Shown here: piece by piece, positions 20,901-30,404 of the stretch
How the letters are laid out: every line of letters starts with the position of its first letter
Numbering within the stretch: position 1 is the stretch's first letter
Origin: a virus
Virus record (IMG/VR): IMGVR_UViG_3300031787_009175
Coordinates: 1 to 64,000 of that record
DNA: 64,000 nucleotides
Reading direction: 5' to 3' (one strand)
Notes under the pieces: generated by a model
The model's database searches: none
Seen by the model: only the letters and a program-made list of their open reading frames with translations
Told to the model about the DNA's origin: nothing
Program-made: the position numbers and the translations under genes

Positions 20901-21508
20901 GAATTAGAAGAAAGGATTGCAAAAACTTGATTCTTTATGTCTGATGATAATGTAGAAAAAGTCCCATTGAACTTTTCATATGTATCACCTAAAATACTTT
21001 GAATTGGTGTTGGGAAACTTGTTTGGAACCCAACCGATGAAGATGAATTATTACATCCTGTGAAAGTAACCGTGTAGGGAACTTCCAAATAATCAACACA
21101 AGTAGATTCACAATTTACCGTAACTGAACTAGTACAGTATAGATTCACAGTAAATGGGTCGACGTTGGCCACTGTCATAATTGACCAAGAAGGACCAGCG
21201 TCATATCCCGATAAACCAAGAACCCTTGTAACAAAAAGTTGATTAGATTGTTGTAAATAAGCCTTTGCAATATATGAGGCTTCATACTTTGGGATTTGAG
21301 TGTTCACAAATTTTTCAGGTGAAGTATCACCAAAATAAACTGTGAATTCATCAAAATCCCTGATAAATATTGGTTCGAATGCAGGACCTCTAAGAGTTTC
21401 ACCCACAATACCCAATGTCGTTACCCCAACACTTTGGGATACAAAACTCAAATCCACCTCTGATGTATACACCCCAGGCGAAACGAATACTTTTGAATTA
21501 GATGCCAT
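17948..21508 (-). CDS. Tail sheath protein (gp18-like) with inserted Ig-like domain
   Basis: N-terminal FVSPGVYTSEVDLS; C-terminal PWFAAAGYTRG, RVNPIATFSDVGTVIWGNKT, LDRLNVRRLL and LLFEQND motifs. Confidence 0.95.
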   Translation of the reverse strand: MASNSKVFVSPGVYTSEVDLSFVSQSVGVTTLGIVGETLRGPAFEPIFIRDFDEFTVYFGDTSPEKFVNTQIPKYEASYIAKAYLQQSNQLFVTRVLGLSGYDAGPSWSIMTVANVDPFTVNLYCTSSVTVNCESTCVDYLEVPYTVTFTGCNNSSSSVGFQTSFPTPIQSILGDTYEKFNGTFSTLSSDIKNQVFAILSSNSTSATSINYFGSIPETGYSGLTAYTSETNVFSVPDVNLTDTDLTSRLNDAWYYALFNNNGNNEYSGTSFYTTVTALTQTSTASNCADFFSYSISGTSGSINYNNNTISVVLPSATTVSSLSGLVSNFSACTTGVTVSGVTQQSGVTSNNFSGGSIVYTLVSEDGTVTKTYTVNVSILNPCNPVTTGNTGSGNVGTITTCYSGTIAGVLYYYTGTSYTEYDNMVVATLRSRGLATYGDDDGAVYEVSGTSDVKMVCTGAYSGVTKNPRATFVISGVTNDSKNFSFETSLSTSNTNYITKVFGLSNFDKPRTTVPLFVEERYQTLLNYGYNKGYIRGLNCNVLALDSARSGQLDSIGYYLEQYQTPETPWLVSELEGDTVSRLFKIITISDGNSANRQLKISVANLSFVNMTFDLIVRDFYDTDSNPVVLEKFTNCSMDPSLNSYVAKKVGTKDGEYALLSKYIMLEVNVDASVDTLPCGFEGYQTRQYSSNTSPFPVFKTKYDFPGEIVYNPPFGTSSGAEDTIRSSGDNVRRTYLGFSTSIGFDEDFFDYKGKQPVIDLCSPGEPSNWVTKTRGFHMDKNASGITIADNFSTSGTPAFYVGDATFQSEPEDSTSPYYKLFSRKFTVIPAGGFDGWDIYREYRTNSDRFVLGAAGYRKGACASDRYPTATGWGAFRQITIGQNSVDWANTDYYAYLLGIQTFSNPEAVNINVFVTPGIDYVNNSNLVENAIEMVEFNRADSVYITTTPDYNMFVPTSGFEADQILPEEAVDNLYNSGIDSNYTATYYPWVLTRDTVNNTQIYIPPTAEVTRNLALTDNIAFPWFAAAGYTRGIVNAIKARKKLTQEDRDILYKGRVNPIATFSDVGTVIWGNKTLQIAESALDRLNVRRLLLQARKLISAVSVRLLFEQNDDVVRQQFLDSVNPILDSIRRDRGLYDFRVTVSSSPEDLDKNQLVGSIYIKPTRSLEFIDITFYITPTGASFENI

Positions 21509-21597
21509 TTAGTAGAAATTTTTTATTTTTATTTATTTTCCTATAAATATTCTAAACAAAACCAAAAACTTTACTTGTCACAAAATATTTATAAATT

Positions 21598-21617
21598 AGG
21601 TAGAATATTTTCTGCCT
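21598..21617. promoter_or_regulatory. Imperfect palindrome, candidate operator in the sheath/RHH divergent region
   Basis: AGGTAGAA-TATT-TTCTGCCT, between the TATTTAT element (21586-21592) and the ATG at 21628. Confidence 0.3.
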
Positions 21618-21627
21618 TTATTATCTT

Positions 21628-21792
21628 ATGGATTCTAAGGACTCAGAAATTAAAAATTTAAAGATTTCCAAAGAGGTTCACGATATATTAAAGAGATATT
21701 GTGACAAACGAGGTATAAAAATTTATCGTTTCTTGGAAAGTATTATTCGTGAAAAGTGTGAAGAAAAAAAAGATATTTATGGTGAAAAATGA
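21628..21792 (+). CDS. Small ribbon-helix-helix-like DNA-binding protein (absent from the ORF track)
   Basis: MDSKDSEIKNLKISKEVHDILKRYCDKRGIKIYRFLESIIREKCEEKKDIYGEK*. It shows a beta-strand KNLKIS, a helix, a G-I turn and a second helix. The stop overlaps the next ATG (ATGA). Confidence 0.7.
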   Translation: MDSKDSEIKNLKISKEVHDILKRYCDKRGIKIYRFLESIIREKCEEKKDIYGEK

Positions 21793-23153
21793 AATTATTT
21801 AAATCCATCATATTAATATTGATATTATCCAATCACACGAACTTGTTCGGACAAGGTTCGAACACTTGTACTGGTGCTTTATCTAATCAAGTCACACTCC
21901 CTTTTTTTACAAATAACCAAACTACCTGTGGTGACCTGAATGATTATACGGGATTGAACGCTTGTGCAACAACAACAAGTGGAAATTACTACGGAGGTCA
22001 AGATTGGTTATATAGTTTTACACCACCACAAGATGGATTAATTAACATAACTTTAAACGATATAGTATCAACAGGATTTGCATATCCAAGTATATCATTG
22101 TTAACATCTTGTCCAGGAACTGCAGGAGCATGTTTGGGCTTTGTATTATGCGACCCAACACAAGGAGGTGGTTCATTAGTCAGACAAGTCCAAGGAGGTC
22201 AAACATACTATGTATTAATAGATGCGTTCACTTGGTCTAATTTTTTTTCAAATTGCTACCAATTTGACCTAAGTATAAACTTAACAACTGTTATTCCACA
22301 ACAAGGTTGTAATAACATTAATTTTAACTCAGGAACTTTCAATGGATGGTATGGAACTACCGGTTTATCAACAATGTCACCTAATGGGTCTCCAACACCT
22401 AACTACAACTCCAACTCAATTGGTATCGTAAATGGTAGACATACAATAATGACAGGTGGAAATGACCCATGTGGTGGATTTCCAAGGGTTGACCCACTTG
22501 GTAGTCCTCGTTCTGTAAGGTTAGGGAACAATAATGTTAATTCAGAGGCAGAACAACTTATTCAAACATTTATGGTTACCTCAACTAATAATAGTTTTAC
22601 ATATAGATATGCTGTTGTTTTTGAAGACCCTGGCCATAACTCAAATGAACAACCTTTTTTTAGGGCATTATTAAGAGACCAAAACGGAAATGTAATTCCT
22701 TGTTCAGAATTCGTTGTTTCAGCGGCAGGAAATCTACCTGGATTCTTCAATTCAGTTACTTGTTCAGGTGTTGTATATAAGCCTTGGAGTTCGGTAAATG
22801 TTGATTTAACAAACTATATCGGACAATCGGTAACTGCCGAATTCACAACAGGAGATTGTAGTCAAGGGGCTCATTATGGGTATGCCTATATTGATGCAGA
22901 ATGTTCACCATCCGTATTACAATTATTACCTGATACTATTTGTCTTGGTGAAAGTATTACGTTAAACGCCCCGCCTGGTTATCAATCATATCAGTGGTTA
23001 CCAGGTAATGAAACCACACAAAGTATAACAGTAACACCGAACAACACAACTAACTATCAATTAAATTTGACCGCATTTAATGGTTGTGTCACCTCCACCC
23101 AAGTCCCAATTACAGTTATCCCATATCCCACGGTAAGTGTTTTTACTAATTAA
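21789..23153 (+). CDS. Secreted Bacteroidota-type surface protein (signal peptide, beta-rich domains)
   Basis: N-terminal signal peptide MKLFKSIILILILS...GQ. The SVRLGNN...AEQL...FTYRYAVVFEDPGH...QPFF and FTTGDCSQGAHYGYAYID domain is typical of Bacteroidota T9SS cargo proteins. Confidence 0.65.
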   Translation: MKLFKSIILILILSNHTNLFGQGSNTCTGALSNQVTLPFFTNNQTTCGDLNDYTGLNACATTTSGNYYGGQDWLYSFTPPQDGLINITLNDIVSTGFAYPSISLLTSCPGTAGACLGFVLCDPTQGGGSLVRQVQGGQTYYVLIDAFTWSNFFSNCYQFDLSINLTTVIPQQGCNNINFNSGTFNGWYGTTGLSTMSPNGSPTPNYNSNSIGIVNGRHTIMTGGNDPCGGFPRVDPLGSPRSVRLGNNNVNSEAEQLIQTFMVTSTNNSFTYRYAVVFEDPGHNSNEQPFFRALLRDQNGNVIPCSEFVVSAAGNLPGFFNSVTCSGVVYKPWSSVNVDLTNYIGQSVTAEFTTGDCSQGAHYGYAYIDAECSPSVLQLLPDTICLGESITLNAPPGYQSYQWLPGNETTQSITVTPNNTTNYQLNLTAFNGCVTSTQVPITVIPYPTVSVFTN

Positions 23154-24189
23154 TTTGAGTGGTAAATGTCAACGAAGAATCTAAATTTGAATCTGTCTTA
23201 GTTACAACCATTCGGACTGAATCTCCGGTATTCAAAAGTATGGTGGATAAAGACTGACCATAATAGTTATTGTTTATATACACGTCGTATGAGGAAACAT
23301 TTACATCCCCCACAAAAGATAGTGAAACATTCAATTCGAAAATTTTTGTAACCTCTGTGGTACCTGATGGAAAATTATAGGTCGAATCGTAAATATTAGG
23401 ATTCGAATTAAGTTTATTCTTTGTTGACCTTTTTGATTTACTTGTGTCAATTTCCAAAACCTGTATCAATCTATTCACAGCGGGAGACACTGTGAACTCA
23501 TTCTCATCTATCAGAAATCCCTGTAATAAAAATTCGTAGCTTTGCACATAATACTTTCTCTTATCCAAATCCATCACAGATTCATCGGTAATGTTATTCC
23601 AAATAATTGGAATATAATGCCCCTTAATCGTTGCGTAAGCCTGTCTAGAAGCGAATTTATCTAAAACCAATTTGTTGAATTGATTTAATTCTCTCATCCT
23701 ATTACAGATTATTTTAACTTGGTATGTTATGTCAACAGGTATTGGTTGGGGTATTTTATATACATCAGCACCCAATCTATTACCATCCCAAGAAGGGACC
23801 GTGGCATAAAAATATTGTCGTTTGTTTGGTATGTTATATTTGGTTGATGGATTAGTTCCGAACTTGACCTCAGGAACTCTAACGGTAGTAACAAAGGGTG
23901 GTTTCACGTTGAAGTCTAAATCCACAAAGTTCCAAGTTTCGGTGAATTGGGCCCAATTTTGTGTGGTTATAATTATGTCGACCACAGGCACCGTAACACC
24001 ATCAACTGATAAATTCAATTCGTCTTTAACAAAATCCAAGAAACCCCTATCCAGGTCTGCGTGTAAAATAGATTTAGGTAAGAATGTCCCATCTTGATTA
24101 ATTTTTTGTAATAACTCTTCACGTCTTGGATATAACGTTTTTGAAGTCGTTAATGGTAAATTTTTTTTAATTTTTTTTGGAAATCCCAT
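23146..24189 (-). CDS. Tail completion/terminator protein (gp15-like)
   Basis: PQPIPVDITYQVKIICNRMRELNQ motif; adjacent to neck genes. Confidence 0.55.
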   Translation of the reverse strand: MGFPKKIKKNLPLTTSKTLYPRREELLQKINQDGTFLPKSILHADLDRGFLDFVKDELNLSVDGVTVPVVDIIITTQNWAQFTETWNFVDLDFNVKPPFVTTVRVPEVKFGTNPSTKYNIPNKRQYFYATVPSWDGNRLGADVYKIPQPIPVDITYQVKIICNRMRELNQFNKLVLDKFASRQAYATIKGHYIPIIWNNITDESVMDLDKRKYYVQSYEFLLQGFLIDENEFTVSPAVNRLIQVLEIDTSKSKRSTKNKLNSNPNIYDSTYNFPSGTTEVTKIFELNVSLSFVGDVNVSSYDVYINNNYYGQSLSTILLNTGDSVRMVVTKTDSNLDSSLTFTTQIN

Positions 24190-24190
24190 T

Positions 24191-24703
24191 TTATAATCCT
24201 CTAAATTCGTTATCCGTTACAGGAGCGGCCGTTATTGTTCGGTAAAAGGGTTTGTATCCTGCATAAGTATGTTTATTATCTGAAACAACACGACCATCAT
24301 CAGTCACCGTATAGTATCTAACACGGGACTCGGATTCGTAATAACCTATATAATCACCAAAGGCGATGTCAATACCAAGTTCCTGTAAGTGTTTAGTATA
24401 TACTGAAACTTTTAAATTACCTGGCTCAGTTTGTTCTATCTTTGAATTACCATAAGCCTTTGCTGTTGGAGCCGCAACCTGAACATAACCTTTGAATTCA
24501 ATTGGAGGGTCAAACTGAATTCCGTCTTTAAGGGTTTCTCCGTATACATCATCTTTTTTTGTTTTGATTCTGTTGACACGATATAATACCAAAGTGAAGT
24601 TCATATCACCCTCCAACCACTCTGAACCCATACCGATGTCCAAATCGTAGTCTTCGGCTCCAAAAAATTTACCTAATCTTGTAATTGGGACTTTCTTAGC
24701 CAT
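24191..24703 (-). CDS. Neck / head-closure protein (gp14-like)
   Basis: LYRVNRIKTKKDDVYGET...FDPPIE...LGIDIAFGDYIGY; typical head-closure pattern. Confidence 0.55.
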   Translation of the reverse strand: MAKKVPITRLGKFFGAEDYDLDIGMGSEWLEGDMNFTLVLYRVNRIKTKKDDVYGETLKDGIQFDPPIEFKGYVQVAAPTAKAYGNSKIEQTEPGNLKVSVYTKHLQELGIDIAFGDYIGYYESESRVRYYTVTDDGRVVSDNKHTYAGYKPFYRTITAAPVTDNEFRGL

Positions 24704-24707
24704 AATA

Positions 24708-26510
24708 TTGATAAATATTTACTCATTTCTTATTTTTAGTTATAAAACTATTTTTTTGGAAAACCTAATCTCAATAGAACAAAAGGCGATTGATATTTTA
24801 TCCTCCTATGAAGGAGGCAATAATTTTATATTGAGATTAAAACAACAACATTTGGTTAATAAAAAGTTCTTTCCAACAAGAACACAATCTGATTATATAA
24901 TTACATACCATAACGAAAAACCAAAGGTTGCCAAAAAGTGGGTTGATTTGGACCCCTATTTTGCAAGAAAGTTTGCGGATGAAAAATTGTTTCGTGAGAT
25001 TCCTGATAAAATCTATGTTGAGAAACTATTGGTAGAAAAGGAGAAATCCTACCATATTTGGGGTAAGTTTTTTGAATCAGAACATTTAAGTGACTTTTGG
25101 GTTCCAAAAGGTGCCTTAATTAAAACACACACCATAGAAAAAGTTGATATTGATTACTCAAAATACAGTAATAGACCACCACTTTCACATCAAAAAGAAG
25201 CGATTGAGAAATTGGCAGGAAGTAAAAGATTTATATTGGCAGATGATATGGGTTTGGGTAAAACAACATCAACAATTATCGCCGCTTTAGAGTCAGGAGC
25301 GAAAAAAGTATTAATCATTTGTCCCGCATCACTTAAAATAAATTGGTCAAGAGAAATTGAGAACTACACCGACAAATCAATTTATATATGTGAGGGTAAG
25401 AATTTTTCATCTGACCACGATTTTGTTATCGTTAATTACGATATCATCAAAAACTTTCACGACATTAAAGATAAAGAAACCTCACAAATTATTAATTCAA
25501 AATTTGATTTGGTTATCATAGACGAAGCCCATTACATTAAAAATTCACAGGCACAAAGAACAAAACTTATAAATCATTTTGTTAAGAATATTAATAGAGT
25601 GTGGTTATTAACAGGAACTCCGATTACATCTCGTCCAATTGATTATTATAATTTATTATCTTTGGTTGAGTCCCCTGTCGCTCAAAATTGGATGGCTTAT
25701 GTGATTCGTTTTTGTGAGGGTTATCAGTTTAGAGCAGGTCAAAGAAAAGTGTGGAACGTAAACGGAGCGTCTAATTTGGATGAACTTCGTGAGAGAACCT
25801 CAAAACAAATACTTCGTAGATTAAAAACTGATGTGTTAGATTTACCTGAAAAGATTATAAATCCTGTTTATTTGAGATTAAAATCACGGGAGTATGAAAA
25901 TCTTATGGGTGAGTATTTTGATTGGTTTAGAAATAATAAAGAGGAATCATCATCTCTTACAGTTCAGTTCTCAAAACTGATGAAAGTAAGACAGGTAATC
26001 GCAGAAGAAAAGGTTTCTCAAACAATCGAACTTGCAGAAAACATTTTAGAACAAGGTAAGAAAGTTATTATTTTTTCAAACTTTACTGAACCACTCAAAC
26101 GGATTCACGAACACTTCGGTAAGATGTCTGTTTACTTGGATGGTTCTACTACCAAACCAGCAAGACAAAAGGCCGTTGATGATTTTCAAGATAACGACAA
26201 GGTTAAAGTTTTTTGTGGGAACATAAAAGCCGCAGGTGTTGGTATCACACTCACATCCGCTGAAGTTGTAATATTTAATGACTTATCTTTTGTTCCGTCG
26301 GACCATTCACAAGCGGAAGATAGGGCTTACAGATACGGTCAAAAAAATAGTGTTTTAGTTTATTATCCCTTGTTTGAAAATACCATAGAAGGTGCTATAT
26401 ATGACATCTTAATTAGGAAAAAAGGGATATTTGAAACTGTAATGGGGGACAACTTAGACAAGGGTAGTGTAGCCGAACTAATACTCAATTCAATCAATGG
26501 TCACGAATAA
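24708..26510 (+). CDS. SNF2-family helicase (SMARCAL1/HARP-like)
   Basis: ILADDMGLGKT (motif I), DEAH (II), LTGTP (III), GVGITLT and QAEDRAYRYGQ (VI). The true start may be the downstream TTG near 24757. Confidence 0.92.
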   Translation: MINIYSFLIFSYKTIFLENLISIEQKAIDILSSYEGGNNFILRLKQQHLVNKKFFPTRTQSDYIITYHNEKPKVAKKWVDLDPYFARKFADEKLFREIPDKIYVEKLLVEKEKSYHIWGKFFESEHLSDFWVPKGALIKTHTIEKVDIDYSKYSNRPPLSHQKEAIEKLAGSKRFILADDMGLGKTTSTIIAALESGAKKVLIICPASLKINWSREIENYTDKSIYICEGKNFSSDHDFVIVNYDIIKNFHDIKDKETSQIINSKFDLVIIDEAHYIKNSQAQRTKLINHFVKNINRVWLLTGTPITSRPIDYYNLLSLVESPVAQNWMAYVIRFCEGYQFRAGQRKVWNVNGASNLDELRERTSKQILRRLKTDVLDLPEKIINPVYLRLKSREYENLMGEYFDWFRNNKEESSSLTVQFSKLMKVRQVIAEEKVSQTIELAENILEQGKKVIIFSNFTEPLKRIHEHFGKMSVYLDGSTTKPARQKAVDDFQDNDKVKVFCGNIKAAGVGITLTSAEVVIFNDLSFVPSDHSQAEDRAYRYGQKNSVLVYYPLFENTIEGAIYDILIRKKGIFETVMGDNLDKGSVAELILNSINGHE

Positions 26511-26555
26511 TTCAAATTAAAAGGATATTTATGATAACGAACATATAATTTTATA

Positions 26556-28094
26556 ATGAAAAAACTTCAAGAGAAAGTAGAACAAATAGCCAATCAAATA
26601 AAAGAAATAGACACAAAGGAAAATGAAAAATTGTTTATAAACGAAATGAAAAAAATAGGGATTGAGAAACTACCATATTCCTATTCTGCTTTAAAACAAT
26701 TTATTGACCCTGAGACGATGTCTTACCACTACAACGGACATTACAAAACTTATGTAGACAAGTTAAATGATGCATTAAGTAAAAAAGATTACGGTGATGT
26801 TGAGTTAGAGGAAATAATTAAATCAATTGGTAAGTATAACAAAACAATTAGAAATAACGCTGGTGGTGCTTTTAACCACGCCTTATTTTGGAAAATGTTA
26901 TCTCCAACGGAACAAAAATGTGGTGGTCAGATTTATGAAAGAATAAAAAAAGACTTCCATAACTTTTTGGGATTCAAACAAGAATTTACCGAAAAAGCAA
27001 AAAAGAATTTCGGGTCAGGCTGGATTTGGTTAGTTTTGAATAAGACGGGTAGTTTAAAAATTATGACTACACAAAACCAAGATAATCCACTTATGAATAT
27101 TGTTAGAAATGGTGGTTATCCACTTTTAGGTCTTGATTTGTGGGAACACGCATATTATTTACGATACAAAAATAAAAGAGATGATTATATCAAAAACTTT
27201 TTCAAGGCAATTAATTGGAAGTTTGTAAATAAAATGTATACTATGAGAGTTAAAACCAAACTTGATGAATCATTGCAAACCAAACAAATATTATCTGAGG
27301 GTATTAGTGAATCATGCTCAAAGACCGATAAAGAGGGATACAGACTCATATTCAATGTAAACCCACAAGTCAAAAATATTTACAAAGAAGGTATTGGGTC
27401 GATTCTAAAAGTTGTTTTTTCTGACAGATATTATGAAGAAGGAGAATATCACGAAGGAGAAGGTTATGGTGTATATGATTTAGAGGGAGCCGGAAGGTCA
27501 GTAATTAATTATCTTAATACGAATTATACTTGTTTTTGTATTTTGGTGAATGACATAAATAAACTATTAAGGTCGCAAAGTCAACCTTTATTACAATTCA
27601 TAGGTCAACCACCATTGATTCAAATCCAAGAAGTTCAAAGGATGGTTTCTATTATGGAACAGTTCAAATTTAGAATTTTTTCCACAAAGTCGAATACATT
27701 CAAAAATTTGATGGCGACATTAGGTAAAACCAGTGATTTGGGGGATATCAGAGAGAATGTAGCAATAAATATTCTGAAAAGAGTATACGGAAAAGAAAAT
27801 GTTCGCCGTATAGGTGGATTAGGTGTTGTGGACGATATGAAAGCAGGAATAGATGCTATTATAAAAGTCGATGGAATCAATCATACCGCACAAATAAAAG
27901 GTTTCGGTGGCGTAGAATTATTAGATGATAAATATATAATAACAAATACAGGTCAGGTTAAAAAGTATAAAACAAAATGGATGATTTTCATAAATGCTAA
28001 ACACACGATATTTATTTTTGATAATTCAGATACTGAAATAGTTGATGGAAATTACTCATTCCCTAAATCGAAACTCTTGAGGAAAATAAATTAA
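26556..28094 (+). CDS. sod: Fe/Mn superoxide dismutase (Mn-type signature) fused to a C-terminal PD-(D/E)XK-like domain
   Basis: LPYSYSALKQFIDPETMSYHYNGHYKTY, NNAGGAFNHALFW, FGSGWIWL, NQDNP and DLWEHAYY; all four metal ligands are present. The C-terminal half has E...GIDAII...AQIK. Confidence 0.88.
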   Translation: MKKLQEKVEQIANQIKEIDTKENEKLFINEMKKIGIEKLPYSYSALKQFIDPETMSYHYNGHYKTYVDKLNDALSKKDYGDVELEEIIKSIGKYNKTIRNNAGGAFNHALFWKMLSPTEQKCGGQIYERIKKDFHNFLGFKQEFTEKAKKNFGSGWIWLVLNKTGSLKIMTTQNQDNPLMNIVRNGGYPLLGLDLWEHAYYLRYKNKRDDYIKNFFKAINWKFVNKMYTMRVKTKLDESLQTKQILSEGISESCSKTDKEGYRLIFNVNPQVKNIYKEGIGSILKVVFSDRYYEEGEYHEGEGYGVYDLEGAGRSVINYLNTNYTCFCILVNDINKLLRSQSQPLLQFIGQPPLIQIQEVQRMVSIMEQFKFRIFSTKSNTFKNLMATLGKTSDLGDIRENVAINILKRVYGKENVRRIGGLGVVDDMKAGIDAIIKVDGINHTAQIKGFGGVELLDDKYIITNTGQVKKYKTKWMIFINAKHTIFIFDNSDTEIVDGNYSFPKSKLLRKIN

Positions 28095-28095
28095 T

Positions 28096-29256
28096 ATGAA
28101 ACTTATTATTTCAGAGTCGCAATACAGAAAATTGATTGAGAGTCAAGAAGAATTGATGTCTCTGTTTCAAACCAGCCATTTGCATTTGTTATGTAAAAAA
28201 TTCAAAAATGATGAAAGTTCTGCTGCTTGCAGATTACTTAATTTGAAAAATTCGTTAAAAAACAAAAAACTTGAGGACCAACTCGAGGATAGTATTGAAA
28301 TATTGTTCAAATTCTTCCCTAAGAGAACTGTTGGGGTTTTACCCAAAATTTTAGAACTTTCTTTGGAATATCCCGAAAGAACAATCAATACTCTCAAATT
28401 AATAAGTGATTTTATCGTTGACCCCAAATTCAAAGATGATGAAACAAAAAGAAGATTACTCAAATTGAGAGACGTGACAACGATGCCTGACGATTTGGAG
28501 GATTTACTTAAAAAAGCAAGAGAAAAGCAATATTTGAAATATGAAAAAGATGTTGTTGGTAAGGAAACTCAGTTTCAAATGAAACGAACATCATTGTCTT
28601 TACAATTTAGTTGTGGCGACGACATAGACAAAAAGTTTTTGGACAAAATTGAAAAATTCAAATCATCAAAACCAAAAGAATTCATTAACTTGCTTGAGAA
28701 AATGAAATCTTGTATAACTGATTCTCTTGTAAACTCAAAGCCCATAAAGGCTGACGTTGTTTCTGTCACTCCACTGTATTATATGGAAGGTGATGAAAAA
28801 ATAAAAGTTTTCGACGCCAATTCTAATTTCGAAATTAAAAAAATGGACACTGAAATTGATAGTTACTTGTCTGAGTTTTTTTCGATATTCAAAAATACTA
28901 ACTACAAAAATCTAAAACAAACTCATTTGGAAATTTACAATAAAGTAATTGATGGTGTATATAATTGGATTAATGGAACGAGTGAGGCGAAACAATATCT
29001 AAATAAAATAAAAGATGAAATGGCTGGTGTTTTCTATGACAACTTTACTATTGTTCCATCAGAGTATATAGATTTGTATTGGTCTAATGTTGGACAACGT
29101 GGTTGCAAGGAAAAAAGACTTTCCATAAGGTTCAGAATAAATCCCGATTTAGTTGGTAGGGTCATTCCAATATACATATACGATAGAAATTCTGATATTT
29201 TAGAGAAAAAAGATTATGTGGTTAGTTCAGTAAACACTCAAAAAGTTATTTGTTAG
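28096..29256 (+). CDS. Hypothetical protein with IISESQ leader; possible PD-(D/E)XK nuclease
   Basis: 386 aa ORF starting MKLIISESQYRKLIES, with a KADV...FEIKK motif. Confidence 0.5.
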   Translation: MKLIISESQYRKLIESQEELMSLFQTSHLHLLCKKFKNDESSAACRLLNLKNSLKNKKLEDQLEDSIEILFKFFPKRTVGVLPKILELSLEYPERTINTLKLISDFIVDPKFKDDETKRRLLKLRDVTTMPDDLEDLLKKAREKQYLKYEKDVVGKETQFQMKRTSLSLQFSCGDDIDKKFLDKIEKFKSSKPKEFINLLEKMKSCITDSLVNSKPIKADVVSVTPLYYMEGDEKIKVFDANSNFEIKKMDTEIDSYLSEFFSIFKNTNYKNLKQTHLEIYNKVIDGVYNWINGTSEAKQYLNKIKDEMAGVFYDNFTIVPSEYIDLYWSNVGQRGCKEKRLSIRFRINPDLVGRVIPIYIYDRNSDILEKKDYVVSSVNTQKVIC

Positions 29257-29278
29257 ATATTTATATAAAAATATCAAA

Positions 29279-30403
29279 ATGGCTGTAATCCCTGAACCCG
29301 ACAGAAGTAAACTTTACACACAAGTAAAACATTTACTTGGAGCACCACTACGTTCTATCGAAATAACTGATGAACAAATGGATACTCTATTGGAATTTTC
29401 TATTGGAGATTATTCACAATATGTTCAAGATTGGTTGATTGAATCTCAGTGGACCTCATTGTATAATTTAAATTTGGACACACAAAGTTTATCAAGAGCC
29501 TTTCTAACCAAAAGTTTGGATTGGGAAACGAGATATACTTACGCATACTCTAAAATTGTAGGACTACAAAATAGCGGTGATTGGGTATTAAAAAAAGATT
29601 TTATACAACTTGTAAGGGGTCAACAGATTTATGAAATTCCTGCGGGAAGAGAAATCAATGAACTTTTGTGGTTTACTCCAGCAACACTAAATAACATATT
29701 TTTTGACCCTTGGTCTTTCGGAGGTATTGGTTCAGGAGGATTAGGTGGTCCAGGTGGATTTGCACAAATGGGCACCACTGTTGGTTCATATTTTATGATG
29801 CCGGCTTTTGATATGTTGTTACGAATGCAAGAAGTTAACATACAAAGAAGGATTATAGCAGGAGATTTAACTTATCGTGTTACGGCCTTACCTGATGGTA
29901 AAAAAGCAATACATTTGATGCAAACACCCGGTGGTAAATTTGACTTTGGTAATGCACAAGTGATGCAAGGACAAGTATGGTATTGGTATTATGACACAGA
30001 AGGTGCTGACAGAGATTCTTGTTTGAAGGATAATCCTGATATAATTAAACTACCTTCTGATGTTCCATTCGACGAATTGTCTTGGGTCGACTTGAATAAC
30101 CCATCAAGACAGTGGATTCGTAGATGGTTTATTGCTTATGTAAAAGAAACCTTATCAAGAGTAAGAGGAAAATACAGTGGTAACTTGAAAACTCCTGATT
30201 CTGAATTAACTTTGGATTATACTTCTTTGGCAACTGAAGCTAAAGACGAAAAAACGAAATTAATTGAAGAATTAATTGGAACTGAGGGAAGGTTAACCAG
30301 ATTAAAACCTGAAAAAGTAATGGAAAGAGAAGCGTTAATCGCTGAAAATCTTAACAAACAATTGAAGTTCAGAGCATTCCCAAGACAAATATATGTAATT
30401 TAA
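29279..30403 (+). CDS. Neck / head-tail adaptor protein (gp13-like)
   Basis: LLGAPLRSIEITDEQM N-terminus and WIRRWFIAYVKETLSRVRGKYSG..LTLDYTSLATEAKDE C-terminus, characteristic of gp13-like proteins. Confidence 0.75.
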   Translation: MAVIPEPDRSKLYTQVKHLLGAPLRSIEITDEQMDTLLEFSIGDYSQYVQDWLIESQWTSLYNLNLDTQSLSRAFLTKSLDWETRYTYAYSKIVGLQNSGDWVLKKDFIQLVRGQQIYEIPAGREINELLWFTPATLNNIFFDPWSFGGIGSGGLGGPGGFAQMGTTVGSYFMMPAFDMLLRMQEVNIQRRIIAGDLTYRVTALPDGKKAIHLMQTPGGKFDFGNAQVMQGQVWYWYYDTEGADRDSCLKDNPDIIKLPSDVPFDELSWVDLNNPSRQWIRRWFIAYVKETLSRVRGKYSGNLKTPDSELTLDYTSLATEAKDEKTKLIEELIGTEGRLTRLKPEKVMEREALIAENLNKQLKFRAFPRQIYVI

Positions 30404-30404
30404 T

